Below, piece after piece: positions 20,105 to 28,428 of a stretch of DNA of 43,091 nt; the stretch's first letter is position 1; each line of letters begins with the position of its first letter. The position numbers were made by a program, and so were the translations under genes. This DNA comes from an uncultured Selenomonas sp. (GTDB taxonomy: Bacteria > Bacillota > Negativicutes > Selenomonadales > Selenomonadaceae), in assembly GCA_963515775.1 (NCBI GenBank), contig CAUQAR010000001.1, forward strand, positions 1 to 43,091. Direction: 5' to 3'. Under the pieces are notes generated by a model. It saw only the letters and a program-made list of their open reading frames with translations. It ran no database searches and had not been told where the DNA came from.

Positions 20105-20536
20105 ATGAAGAAAAATATCAGCATCCTTTTGGCTGTCATTGGCGTATTTGCCGGCCGGGCCTTAGCGAGACAGGGAAATGCGACTTTGGAGGTCATCGTG
20201 TTGTCGTTGATCTTCTTGGTCATACTTGCTTTCGGCATTTACGTCTACAAGAAAACGCATAATCGCTTTTTACCATTAGGATGCTTGTTGTTGGGGGCCT
20301 GTCTGCCCGTCTTTAATATGTTGCTTGACGGCGCAAAGACCTCGAATACTGTGGTTTGGGCGATCATTAGCGCACTACTCTTTGTGCTTTTTCTGGCGGT
20401 CGGATGCATGTTCACCGGCGCCCACCAGATCGCGCCGCAAAATATATCTCACAAACAATGGAAATACTATCTGATGGCCTTAGCCGGACTTTGGATCGTA
20501 TGCTGCGGCGGTCTGGCGGCGCTGACATTTCTATGA
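20105..20536 (+). CDS. Hypothetical multi-pass membrane protein (possible immunity protein)
   Basis: 143 aa with about 5 hydrophobic segments separated by basic loops; function inferred only from context. Confidence 0.65.
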   Translation: MKKNISILLAVIGVFAGRALARQGNATLEVIVLSLIFLVILAFGIYVYKKTHNRFLPLGCLLLGACLPVFNMLLDGAKTSNTVVWAIISALLFVLFLAVGCMFTGAHQIAPQNISHKQWKYYLMALAGLWIVCCGGLAALTFL

Positions 20537-20584
20537 GAAATTGCATAGAAAGAGGATAGATCGGCGGGGACAACAATAAACTTT

Positions 20585-20765
20585 ATGGATAGGTTCATAC
20601 GGAAAGACTTCCAATGGTTCTCGGGGGCGATCCTTCGTTATAAAGTATATTTGGCGGAGATCGTCATGGCGGCCTTTCTGTTCTAGCTTCTCGGTCCGGT
20701 CGTGCTGCTGTGCACGAAGGTCTATTGATAAGGTGATCATAAACCGAGAGATCGGCGTATTCTAA
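20585..20765 (+). pseudogene. Fragment of an HlyB-like type I secretion / peptide-exporting ABC transporter
   Basis: Reads DFQWFSGAILRYKVYLAEIVMAAFLF-(TAG 20684)-LLGPVVLLCTKV-(frameshift)-IDKVIINREIGVF, matching the start of the HlyB-family membrane domain (WF..AI.KY...F.E.L.AS.F.QL..L..PLF.QV..DKV). Confidence 0.7.
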
Positions 20766-20801
20766 AGATATCCTAAAAGGATAAATTCATACATGGCATT
20801 A

Positions 20802-20846
20802 AAAAAGATTTCCCGCACATACGAGCATCGGGGGAGTTTTTTGCAT
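20802..20846. repeat. Hairpin repeat B2 (terminator-like, also downstream of the convergent MFS gene)
   Basis: AAAAAGATTTCCCGCACATACGAGCATCGGGGGAGTTTTTTGCAT, a diverged direct copy of B1. Confidence 0.85.
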
Positions 20847-20853
20847 TGAAATA

Positions 20854-22269
20854 TTAATTTTCGGTTCGCACGAGATATATGGAACAGGAGAGTGCGGACA
20901 ACGCGCATATTGTCTGCACGATCAAGCCGTTGATATAAGGCGCTGCAGCGGCGGGCGGGCTGCCTCCTGTCAGAACAATCGCGCCTGCGGCGATGATGCC
21001 GAGACCGCCAAAGAACTGCTGTCCCGTTGTCAGAACGGCGGCACCTGCGCCGGCCTCGCTCGCAGGAAGATCGCGCAGGACAACCCCTGTCGCGATCGGG
21101 ATGGTCGTTCCGTTGCCAAAGCCGAATAGGCACAGCGCTCCTAAGATGGACAGCGGAGGCATAGCATCGGCGTGCATCATCCATGCCAAGGTACAAATCA
21201 GCCCCAGTGTTGTGCAGCTCGTTCCGAGGATGAGTGTGCGCAGTGCCGTGATGTGCCGTACGATTGTCGGACCAAGAGAAGAACCGATGATAAAGCTCGC
21301 ACCGACCGGGGCGAAGGTCAGGCCCGCCTCCCATGAGCCGAGGCGGCAGGACTGCTGCAGATAGAGACCGAATACGAAGAAAAACGGCATGACGGCGATA
21401 TACAGCAGAATGCTCAGTATTGTGCCAAATCTATAGCCGCGGTGGAGAAACAACTGAAATGGAACCAGCGGTGTGTGTCCGCGTGCGGCTCTGCGCCGCT
21501 GCTGCCGGATAAAGGCTGCCGATACGGCGAGTCCTGCGGCGACAGAGAGGAGCATCGGAATTTCCCGCAGATGTCCGCCGCCGAATGCAGGCAGCAGGAC
21601 GAGCACACAGCCGCCGGCGGAGAGGATGATGCCCGTGCAGTCGAGTTCGGACGCCTGCGTGCCGTGATCCGGTCTGAGTGCATACCCGCAGACGATGCAG
21701 GCGATGAGGCAGACAGGCATGTTGATGAGGAAAATCAGCCGCCAACCGAGACCAAAGAGATTCCATACAGGCAGCAGACCGCCGCCGATCTGACCGCAGA
21801 TCTGTCCCATGCCGATGGAGACGCCGAACAGGGACAGTGCGCGTACCCGCGTGGCGCCCGCAAAGGAAATGCGGATCAGCGCAAGCACCTGCGGCACCAT
21901 AACCGCACCGGAGACGCCCTGCAGCAGACGGGCGGCGGCGAGCTGTTCCGCCGTCTGCGACAGGCCGCAGAGAGCGGAGGTCACAGCGAATAGAAACAGG
22001 CCTATACGATAGGTCCGCAGCCGCCCGTATCTGTCTCCGATGCGTCCGCCCGTGATGAGTCCGAGGGCGTACACCATCGAATATCCGCCGGCGATGATCT
22101 CCAGTGCTGCTGCGGACGCCTCCAGTGCACGGCTGATCGGGGCTGCGGCGACATTGATGACGAACTGGTCGAAGATGGAGAGAAACGAGCCGACGAGGAC
22201 GAAGGGCAGTACGTACGACATAGACCGCGTGCCGTATGCGGCGTGCAGGTGATTTGAAGATCCTTCCAT
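20854..22269 (-). CDS. MFS transporter, DHA2 (EmrB/QacA-like) drug:H+ antiporter family
   Basis: FDQFVINVA, GGRIGDRYGRLR (motif A), ARLLQGVSGA, WRLIFLINMPV; start set at ATG 22269 after a GGGAG SD. Confidence 0.88.
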   Translation of the reverse strand: MEGSSNHLHAAYGTRSMSYVLPFVLVGSFLSIFDQFVINVAAAPISRALEASAAALEIIAGGYSMVYALGLITGGRIGDRYGRLRTYRIGLFLFAVTSALCGLSQTAEQLAAARLLQGVSGAVMVPQVLALIRISFAGATRVRALSLFGVSIGMGQICGQIGGGLLPVWNLFGLGWRLIFLINMPVCLIACIVCGYALRPDHGTQASELDCTGIILSAGGCVLVLLPAFGGGHLREIPMLLSVAAGLAVSAAFIRQQRRRAARGHTPLVPFQLFLHRGYRFGTILSILLYIAVMPFFFVFGLYLQQSCRLGSWEAGLTFAPVGASFIIGSSLGPTIVRHITALRTLILGTSCTTLGLICTLAWMMHADAMPPLSILGALCLFGFGNGTTIPIATGVVLRDLPASEAGAGAAVLTTGQQFFGGLGIIAAGAIVLTGGSPPAAAAPYINGLIVQTICALSALSCSIYLVRTEN

Positions 22270-22285
22270 TGCATTGACTCCCATG

Positions 22286-22357
22286 ATACAATTCATACAA
22301 TGACATTGTAAAACCAATATTGTACGGTTTCAATGGAAGAATTGTATGGACGACAAT
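22286..22357. promoter_or_regulatory. Candidate MocR-family operator array
   Basis: ATACAAT (22286, 22295), ATTGTA (22305, 22319), ATTGTAT (22341), ACAAT (22353): direct and inverted copies of one motif between divergent genes. Confidence 0.55.
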
Positions 22358-22374
22358 ATTCCGGGAGGGTCGAG

Positions 22375-23781
22375 ATGCCTGTCAATTCATTTGACGATTA
22401 CCCGCTTTCGTGGCGCCCCGATAAAGCGCTGCTCCAATCGCCGCTCTACCGGTCGCTCGCCGAAATGCTGGAGCGTGACATCTGCAGCGGGCGGCTGAGC
22501 GCTCATACAAAACTGCCGCCGCAGAGAGAACTGGCGGATTTTCTGGACATCAATCTGAGCACTGTGACGAGAGCCTTTCGGCTGTGTGAGAACAAGGGGC
22601 TGATCTATGCCGCTGTCGGGCGGGGCAGCTTTGTCTCGCCGAACGCCGCGCTGCCGGATACAAGCGGCGAACCGGAGCCGCTCATTCAGCTCGGTAGCAT
22701 CCGGCCGTATGAACACTGCAATACGGCCCTCGTGGAAGCTGCCAAGACGGTCCTTTGCGGGACACGTGCCGCGCGGCTGTTTGCGTTCGAGCATGCTGCC
22801 TATGAGACGCGGCATCATGAGGCCGCGGCGGCGTGGCTGTCACGCTTTCAGATGACAGCCGATCCACGGCGCATCATGATCGCATCCGGCACGCAAAATG
22901 CGCTCCTCATCACACTGCTGGCACTCTTTCGTGCCGGCGATAAGATTGCCGCAGATGTTTATACATACGCGAACTTTATCAGTCTTGCAAAACAGATGAA
23001 CGTACAACTCGTCCCCGTAGAAGGAGACGCTAACGGCATGCGCGCGGATGCACTCGAACGACAGAGCCGCCTTATGGGCGTCAAAGGGGCCTACTTGATG
23101 CCGTCCTGTGCGAACCCGACGGGCGTTGCCATGCCCCTGCAGCGGCGTGAGGAGATCGCTCGGGTCGCGCGGCAAAACGATTTGATGCTGATTGAGGACG
23201 ACGCCTACAGCTTTACGCTTTGCCGTCCCGTTTTGCCCATTGCGGCACTGCTGCCGACGCATTGTGTTTATCTGCACGGATTATCCAAATCTCTTGCGCC
23301 GGGGCTTCGGGTCGCCTATTTGGTCATCCCCGAACGCCTGCGTACGATATTTCGCAGAACGGCGCACAATGTAAATCTAAAAACGCCGCTCTTGAGTGCT
23401 GAGATCGCGACGGAACTCATCTTCAGCGGAGTGGCAGACAAAATCGTGCAGGAGAAATGTCTGCTGTCTCGGCGGAGAAACGCACTGTTCAAGAAATTTT
23501 TTCCTGCGTACACGTCGCATAACGCATGCAGCCTTTTTCAGTGGGTGCCGCTTCCCGCAGACTGTGTCGGCCGTGACTTCGAAGTGCGGGCGCAGAACCG
23601 CGGCGTCGAGGTGCTGTGTTCGGACCGCTTTGCCATCGGCGATGCGCCGGGCAGTGCCTCCATTCGTATTGCAGCTTGTTCGCCGCCGACGGATACGGCG
23701 CTGGAGGAAGGTCTGCGTATTCTGCGCCTGCTTATCGAGAAAAAACGTATGGAGCCGCGGGAAGATGAGTTCATTGTGTGA
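22375..23781 (+). CDS. MocR/GabR-family regulator (GntR wHTH + PLP aminotransferase-like domain)
   Basis: KLPPQRELADFLDINLSTVTRAF, GRGSFV, ANPTG, IEDDAY, GLSKSLAPGLRVAY (PLP Lys); GGGAGG SD before ATG 22375. Confidence 0.93.
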   Translation: MPVNSFDDYPLSWRPDKALLQSPLYRSLAEMLERDICSGRLSAHTKLPPQRELADFLDINLSTVTRAFRLCENKGLIYAAVGRGSFVSPNAALPDTSGEPEPLIQLGSIRPYEHCNTALVEAAKTVLCGTRAARLFAFEHAAYETRHHEAAAAWLSRFQMTADPRRIMIASGTQNALLITLLALFRAGDKIAADVYTYANFISLAKQMNVQLVPVEGDANGMRADALERQSRLMGVKGAYLMPSCANPTGVAMPLQRREEIARVARQNDLMLIEDDAYSFTLCRPVLPIAALLPTHCVYLHGLSKSLAPGLRVAYLVIPERLRTIFRRTAHNVNLKTPLLSAEIATELIFSGVADKIVQEKCLLSRRRNALFKKFFPAYTSHNACSLFQWVPLPADCVGRDFEVRAQNRGVEVLCSDRFAIGDAPGSASIRIAACSPPTDTALEEGLRILRLLIEKKRMEPREDEFIV

Positions 23782-23826
23782 AGCCGACGGATGCTGTCAC
23801 AATGACAGGAGAGATCGGCCGCATAT

Positions 23827-23865
23827 AAAAAAGGATTGATTCGCGTATGGAAATCAATCCTTTTT
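23827..23865. terminator. Bidirectional terminator between the MocR gene and troR
   Basis: AAAAAGGATTGATT / AATCAATCCTTTTT inverted repeat. Confidence 0.8.
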
Positions 23866-23878
23866 CTATTGCCGTATT

Positions 23879-24544
23879 TTATTCTTCAGAAGTCTCCGCC
23901 GCAAGATAGATATCGACGCAGGCCTTCGGCGAGACACGCACCTCGGTGCCGCCCATGTCGATGATCGCCGTATGGTCGAACGCCTCGAACCCTTTGACGG
24001 TGATCGACGTTCCGAGAGATAAACCAATGTGCTCGACGTATTCGAGGAGCGCGGTGTTGTCGGGGATGCGCCGCATGGTATAGGAGACGCCGGGGGTGCA
24101 CTCCGAGAGCGGCACGAGCCCCTCCAGTTCTTCCGAACGGTTGGCGAAGATCGCGCCGCCGTGCGGGCAGGCCGCGGGACGCCGGAGGTAGTCGTTCAGC
24201 TTTTCAAAGAGCGCGTCGCTCGTGACGCGCTGCAGGGCGCTTGCCTGTGCGTGGACGTCCTTCCAGTTGTAGTTCAGTGTTTCGGTGAGGAAGTATTCCC
24301 ACAGGCGATGCTTCGAGACGATGTGCTTTGCGGCGGCTTCTCCCGCTTCCGTCAGCGCGATGACGTTCCTGCCGCCGGCAAGGATGCCCTCAGCCTGCAT
24401 CTTTTTGATGATCTCCGTGACGAGCGAGGGGGAGACGGAGAGCCACCGGCTCAGCTCCTTGTTCGTCGCTTTGCCCTGCCGCCGGGTCAGCTTAAAGATC
24501 GCGACGATGAATTCTTCCCACTGCGGTTGTATCTCCATTGCCAT
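23879..24544 (-). CDS. DtxR/MntR/TroR-family regulator with C-terminal FeoA domain
   Basis: wHTH, LTEAG, KHRLWEYFL, CPHGGAI, FeoA-like tail; last gene of the tro-type operon. Confidence 0.9.
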   Translation of the reverse strand: MAMEIQPQWEEFIVAIFKLTRRQGKATNKELSRWLSVSPSLVTEIIKKMQAEGILAGGRNVIALTEAGEAAAKHIVSKHRLWEYFLTETLNYNWKDVHAQASALQRVTSDALFEKLNDYLRRPAACPHGGAIFANRSEELEGLVPLSECTPGVSYTMRRIPDNTALLEYVEHIGLSLGTSITVKGFEAFDHTAIIDMGGTEVRVSPKACVDIYLAAETSEE

Positions 24545-24554
24545 TGTGATTCCC

Positions 24555-25655
24555 CTAAATATAATATTGCCGGCACAGCGCCCGATAGACCTCCGATCCG
24601 CGATCCGTCAAGAGATAGTAGTCGCCTGCGCGCCGCAGCTCTCCGTTTGCAAGCAGCGCGCCGCTGACCTCCTTTACCCGCGCCGCGCCCCATTTGAGAT
24701 GGTTCTCGATCTCTGCAATGTGGTTCTCGGGGCTCTGCAGCCGCTCCGCCGTATGCTTGCCGATGTGGAGGATGAAGAGCTCCTGCCGCAGGCGTTTTTT
24801 GCTGCGGGCACGACGCATATACTCTGTGATGACGCCCTTCGGATTGACGAGCAGGGCGAGCATATAGGTGAGCGTATTGGCAACGGCACACAGACCCGCG
24901 ATGGAGGCGTTCGTGTGCACCGCGATCGTATACCCTATGATACTATTTATCATACTAAAAATCACGGCAATAATCAAAGTCTGCGTCAAATTTTTTGTAA
25001 AAAGCAACGCGGCCGCCGCCGGCGCGATGAAAAAGGAGATGACGAGAATCGAGCCGACCGCATCGAACGCGGCGACGGTCGTCAGCGACGTGATCGACAT
25101 GAAGGCGTAGAACAGGATGCCCGTCGGGATGCCGATGAGCTTGGCGTATTCCTCGTCGAAGGTCGAGACCTTCAGCTCCTTGTAGAATACGCCGATAAAG
25201 GCGGCGATGCCGGCGAGCAGGCCGCCCATCTTGAGCGCCGCGGCGGGAACCTCGACGCCGCCGATGTGCACGGTGTTGAGTCCGGAATAGATGACCTCTC
25301 CCATGAGCACCATATCCGTGTCGAGATGCGCGTTGCCCGCGAATTTGCTGATGAGGATGACGGCGATGGCAAAGAGGAGCGGGAAGACGACGCCGATCGC
25401 GTCGTCGTATTTGACGAGGTTCGTCTTGCCGAGCAGCTCCACGAGCGAGACGGTGACGACGCCCATGATCGCGGCGCCGAACAGCAGCCACGGCGATCCG
25501 AGATCGTAGGTCACGAAGAACGCGAGTACGATGCCGAGCAGAACGGTGTGGCTGATCGCGTCCGCCATCATCGACAGGCGGCGCAGAATGAGGAATGCGC
25601 CGAGCGAGGAACAGGCCGCGGCAGTGAGAAGCAGTACGAGCAATGCGTCATCCAT
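24555..25655 (-). CDS. Metal (Mn/Zn/Fe) ABC permease, TroD/MntD-like with C-terminal extension
   Basis: MMADAISHTVLLGI, HLDTDMVLMGE, YKELKVSTFD, AFDAVGSILV. Confidence 0.92.
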   Translation of the reverse strand: MDDALLVLLLTAAACSSLGAFLILRRLSMMADAISHTVLLGIVLAFFVTYDLGSPWLLFGAAIMGVVTVSLVELLGKTNLVKYDDAIGVVFPLLFAIAVILISKFAGNAHLDTDMVLMGEVIYSGLNTVHIGGVEVPAAALKMGGLLAGIAAFIGVFYKELKVSTFDEEYAKLIGIPTGILFYAFMSITSLTTVAAFDAVGSILVISFFIAPAAAALLFTKNLTQTLIIAVIFSMINSIIGYTIAVHTNASIAGLCAVANTLTYMLALLVNPKGVITEYMRRARSKKRLRQELFILHIGKHTAERLQSPENHIAEIENHLKWGAARVKEVSGALLANGELRRAGDYYLLTDRGSEVYRALCRQYYI

Positions 25656-26523
25656 GATGCTGCCTCCTCTTTAACATGCGGGCGAGGATGCCCTTCGGCC
25701 CGAACAGCATGGAGAAAAATGCGATGAGACACGCAACGAGGATGATGCAGGGCCCCGTCGACATGCCCTGTTCCGCCGTGCTGATATATGTCCCCACGAC
25801 GGCGGAGACGGCGCCGACGCCGCTGCTGAGAAAGAGCACCCGCGAGAACTCGTTCGACCACTGATTCGCTGCGACGCACGGGATGATGAGGAAGGAGCTG
25901 ATGAGGATCGCACCGACTGCCTTGATGCCGATGCCGATGACGGAGATCGTCATGACGAGCAGGAGGACGTTCAGCAGACGGCAGGGGAGCCCTGCGACGC
26001 GCGCATATTCCGCGTCGAAGACGAATAGCTTCAGCTCCTTGTAGAACACGAGGAGGATAAGGAGACAGAGGGCGGAAACGATGAAGATCAGCATGACGTC
26101 GATCTCGAGCATATACGCCGCCTGCCCGAAGATATAGGTGCCGAGCCCCGCCTGCGACGCGCCCGCATAGTCGGGATTGCCTTGGATGAAGCTTTTGAGC
26201 GCCATGCCGAGCCCGAAGAAGCCCGAGAGGAAGACGGCGAGGTTGGCATCGAGGCCGAGCCGCTTGTCCTCATGTGCCAGTTGGATGAGCGCGTAGCTTG
26301 CCGCACCCGCCGCGATCGCGCCGCAGAGCAGGACGACGGGGCTGCGCGTCGCAAAGAGCATATAGGCGAGGATGATGCCGGGGAAGGTCGAGTGTCCGAT
26401 GGCGTCGCCGATGAGGCTCTGCCCCTTGTAGACGCTGAACGCGCCGACAGAGCCCGCCGTGACGGCGAGGACGAGACTGCCGAGCGCGACGATTTGAAAG
26501 GTGTAATTGAACAGAATATCCAT
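25648..26523 (-). CDS. Metal ABC permease, TroC/MntC-like
   Basis: QSLIGDAIGHSTFPGI, YIFGQAA, YKELKLFVFD, STGPCII. Confidence 0.92.
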   Translation of the reverse strand: MDILFNYTFQIVALGSLVLAVTAGSVGAFSVYKGQSLIGDAIGHSTFPGIILAYMLFATRSPVVLLCGAIAAGAASYALIQLAHEDKRLGLDANLAVFLSGFFGLGMALKSFIQGNPDYAGASQAGLGTYIFGQAAYMLEIDVMLIFIVSALCLLILLVFYKELKLFVFDAEYARVAGLPCRLLNVLLLVMTISVIGIGIKAVGAILISSFLIIPCVAANQWSNEFSRVLFLSSGVGAVSAVVGTYISTAEQGMSTGPCIILVACLIAFFSMLFGPKGILARMLKRRQHHG

Positions 26524-26526
26524 CGC

Positions 26527-27249
26527 TTACTCCTTGATCCGGTACGCGAGCGCGAGTTTTGCCTCTTTGTCGACGTTTGCGAGATAGTCGCACGCCTTGA
26601 CCGTGCGGTTGAGCACGACGAGGAAGTCGAAATAGGCGTCGAGGGTGCTGAGGTCGTGGTGCACGGCGATGACGGTGCGGCGGTCCTTTTGCAGATCCAT
26701 GAATTTGTCCATGATGATGCGCTCGGTCGTCTCGTCGACGCCCGCGAGCGGCTCGTCCATGATGTAGAGATCGGCGTCCTGCGCGAGGGCGCGCGCGATG
26801 AAGACGCGCTGCTTCTGTCCGCCGGAGAGCTCCGAGATCTGACGGTCGGCAAAATCTGCCATCTTCATCTTTTCGAGCGCGTCGAGCGCGATCTCGCGGT
26901 CGATTTTTTTCGGCCGCTTTATGAGGCCGATGTGCGCGTAGCGTCCCATGAGCACAACGTCCGATACGGTCGTCGGGAAGTCCCAGTGCACCGAGCCGCG
27001 CTGCGGCACATAGGCGATGCGCTTGCGCACCTCCTCGAGCGGGCGCCCCCAGAGACGCACCTCACCCGATACGGGGGAGAGCAGGCCGAGGATGCCGCCG
27101 AGCAGTGTGGATTTTCCCGCGCCGTTGGGGCCGACGATCGCGCAGCGTACGTGCTGCGGGATATCGAGGTCGATGTCCCAGAGAACGGGGGTCTCGCGGT
27201 ACGCCATCGTGAGATCCTCCACATGTATGACGCTTTGACTTTGATCCAT
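26527..27249 (-). CDS. Metal ABC ATPase, TroB/MntB-like
   Basis: GPNGAGKSTLL, YVPQRGSVHWDFP, LSGGQKQRVFIARAL, MDEPLAGVD, VHHDL; ATG 27249 after an AAGGAGG SD. Confidence 0.94.
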   Translation of the reverse strand: MDQSQSVIHVEDLTMAYRETPVLWDIDLDIPQHVRCAIVGPNGAGKSTLLGGILGLLSPVSGEVRLWGRPLEEVRKRIAYVPQRGSVHWDFPTTVSDVVLMGRYAHIGLIKRPKKIDREIALDALEKMKMADFADRQISELSGGQKQRVFIARALAQDADLYIMDEPLAGVDETTERIIMDKFMDLQKDRRTVIAVHHDLSTLDAYFDFLVVLNRTVKACDYLANVDKEAKLALAYRIKE

Positions 27250-27266
27250 AGCGTTCCTCCTTGAAC

Positions 27267-27293
27267 AAAAAGAGGCGGGAGATATCCCGCCTC
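27267..27293 (-). terminator. Intra-operon hairpin/terminator between troA and troB
   Basis: Minus strand GAGGCGGGA-TATC-TCCCGCCTC followed by TTTTT. Confidence 0.65.
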
Positions 27294-27304
27294 CGTCAAA
27301 CAAT

Positions 27305-28261
27305 TTACTTCAAGTGGCTGACGATCAGATCGACGTTGCTCTTATACATGTCGATGTAGGTATCGCCCTTCTGCCCTTCTGGCGCGAGTGAATCCGAAAA
27401 CAGCTCGTTGCCTTCACCGCCCACGATCTCAACGTCGAAGCCCTTGGTCTTACAGACCTCCTGTAGTTTCTTCATGCGCTCTGGGTTCGTCGTGCTCTCG
27501 GCGAATACCGCCTTGACCTTGTGCTCGACGATGAAGTTCGCCGTCTTTTCAACGTCTGCGTTCGCCACCTCGGAGTCCGTACTGACGCCCTGCGGCGCGA
27601 CGACGTTCATATGGTAGCGGTGCGAGAAGTAGTTGAACGCGTCGTGCGGGGTGACGAGATTGCGCTGTCCTTCGGGGATCGTCGCGATCTTTTCCTTGAT
27701 CTCGCTGTCGAGCGCGTCGAGCTGGCCGAGATACTTCTTGAGATTTGCCTCGATGTCGGCCTTGTGGTCAGGCAGGAGTTTTTCGAGTTCCTCCGCGGCC
27801 TTTTCCGTCGCCTGCTTGTAGAGCGCGACGTCGAACCAGAAGTGGGGGTCGACGATGCGCTTGCCGTCTTCCTCCATATAGTTGATCTCGCTGTCGGGGA
27901 AGTCCTTCGTCACAGCGACGCCCTTCTTTTCGAGCACCTCTGCCATCTTGCCCTCGAAGTGGAGGCCGTGGTAGAGGAGGAGATCGGCTTTCTTGATCTT
28001 TTCGAGATCCGCGGGCTGCGCCACATAGAGATGCGGATCCTCGCCTGCAGGGATAATCAGCTCGATGTTGACATAGTCGCCCGCGAGCTGTTTTGTCATA
28101 TCCTGCAAAAACGAGGTTGTGACCGTAACCGTTTTCTTGGCTGCCGCGCCGCTCGCACCGGCCGGCTGATCCGCAGATGTTCCGCCGCATCCGCTCACAA
28201 GGGAGGCGAGAAGGAAACAACATGCGAGAAGTACATAAGCAAAACTTTTCTTGTGCTGCAT
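27305..28261 (-). CDS. Metal ABC substrate-binding lipoprotein, TroA/MntA-like
   Basis: Lipobox VSGC, GEDPHLY, DPHFWFD, TPHDAFNYF, LFSDSL (His/His/His/Asp ligand set). Start is ATG 28261 or GTG 28270. Confidence 0.93.
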   Translation of the reverse strand: MQHKKSFAYVLLACCFLLASLVSGCGGTSADQPAGASGAAAKKTVTVTTSFLQDMTKQLAGDYVNIELIIPAGEDPHLYVAQPADLEKIKKADLLLYHGLHFEGKMAEVLEKKGVAVTKDFPDSEINYMEEDGKRIVDPHFWFDVALYKQATEKAAEELEKLLPDHKADIEANLKKYLGQLDALDSEIKEKIATIPEGQRNLVTPHDAFNYFSHRYHMNVVAPQGVSTDSEVANADVEKTANFIVEHKVKAVFAESTTNPERMKKLQEVCKTKGFDVEIVGGEGNELFSDSLAPEGQKGDTYIDMYKSNVDLIVSHLK

Positions 28262-28293
28262 GTGCTGCACCGTCCTTTCTATCCTAGCTTTGG

Positions 28294-28365
28294 ATTATAG
28301 CAGAATTTTTTATCTTTGTAAATATTATTTTACAATACTAAAAAATAATTTTTATACTGTTAAAA
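28294..28365 (-). promoter_or_regulatory. tro operon promoter plus two tandem DtxR/SloR-like boxes
   Basis: Minus strand TTTACA (28322-28317)-N17-TATAAT (28299-28294) with TG extension; TTTTA-N6-TAAAA palindromes at 28328-28343 and 28350-28365. Confidence 0.65.
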
Positions 28366-28381
28366 AATAATACAAGGAAAC

Positions 28382-28416
28382 AAAAAAGCTGCCGCACCGG
28401 TAAAAGTACGGCAGCT
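28382..28416 (-). terminator. nadE terminator
   Basis: AGCTGCCGCAC / GTACGGCAGCT stem with a U-tract on the minus strand. Confidence 0.7.
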
Positions 28417-28428
28417 CCGCACACTCGC

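Noticed and set aside
11487..20846. Hairpin repeats as CRISPR repeats or true integron attC sites
   Set aside because: Spacing is 0.7-1.5 kb with genes between, there are no cas genes or integrase, and the RYYYAAC...GTTRRRY attC boxes are not evident.
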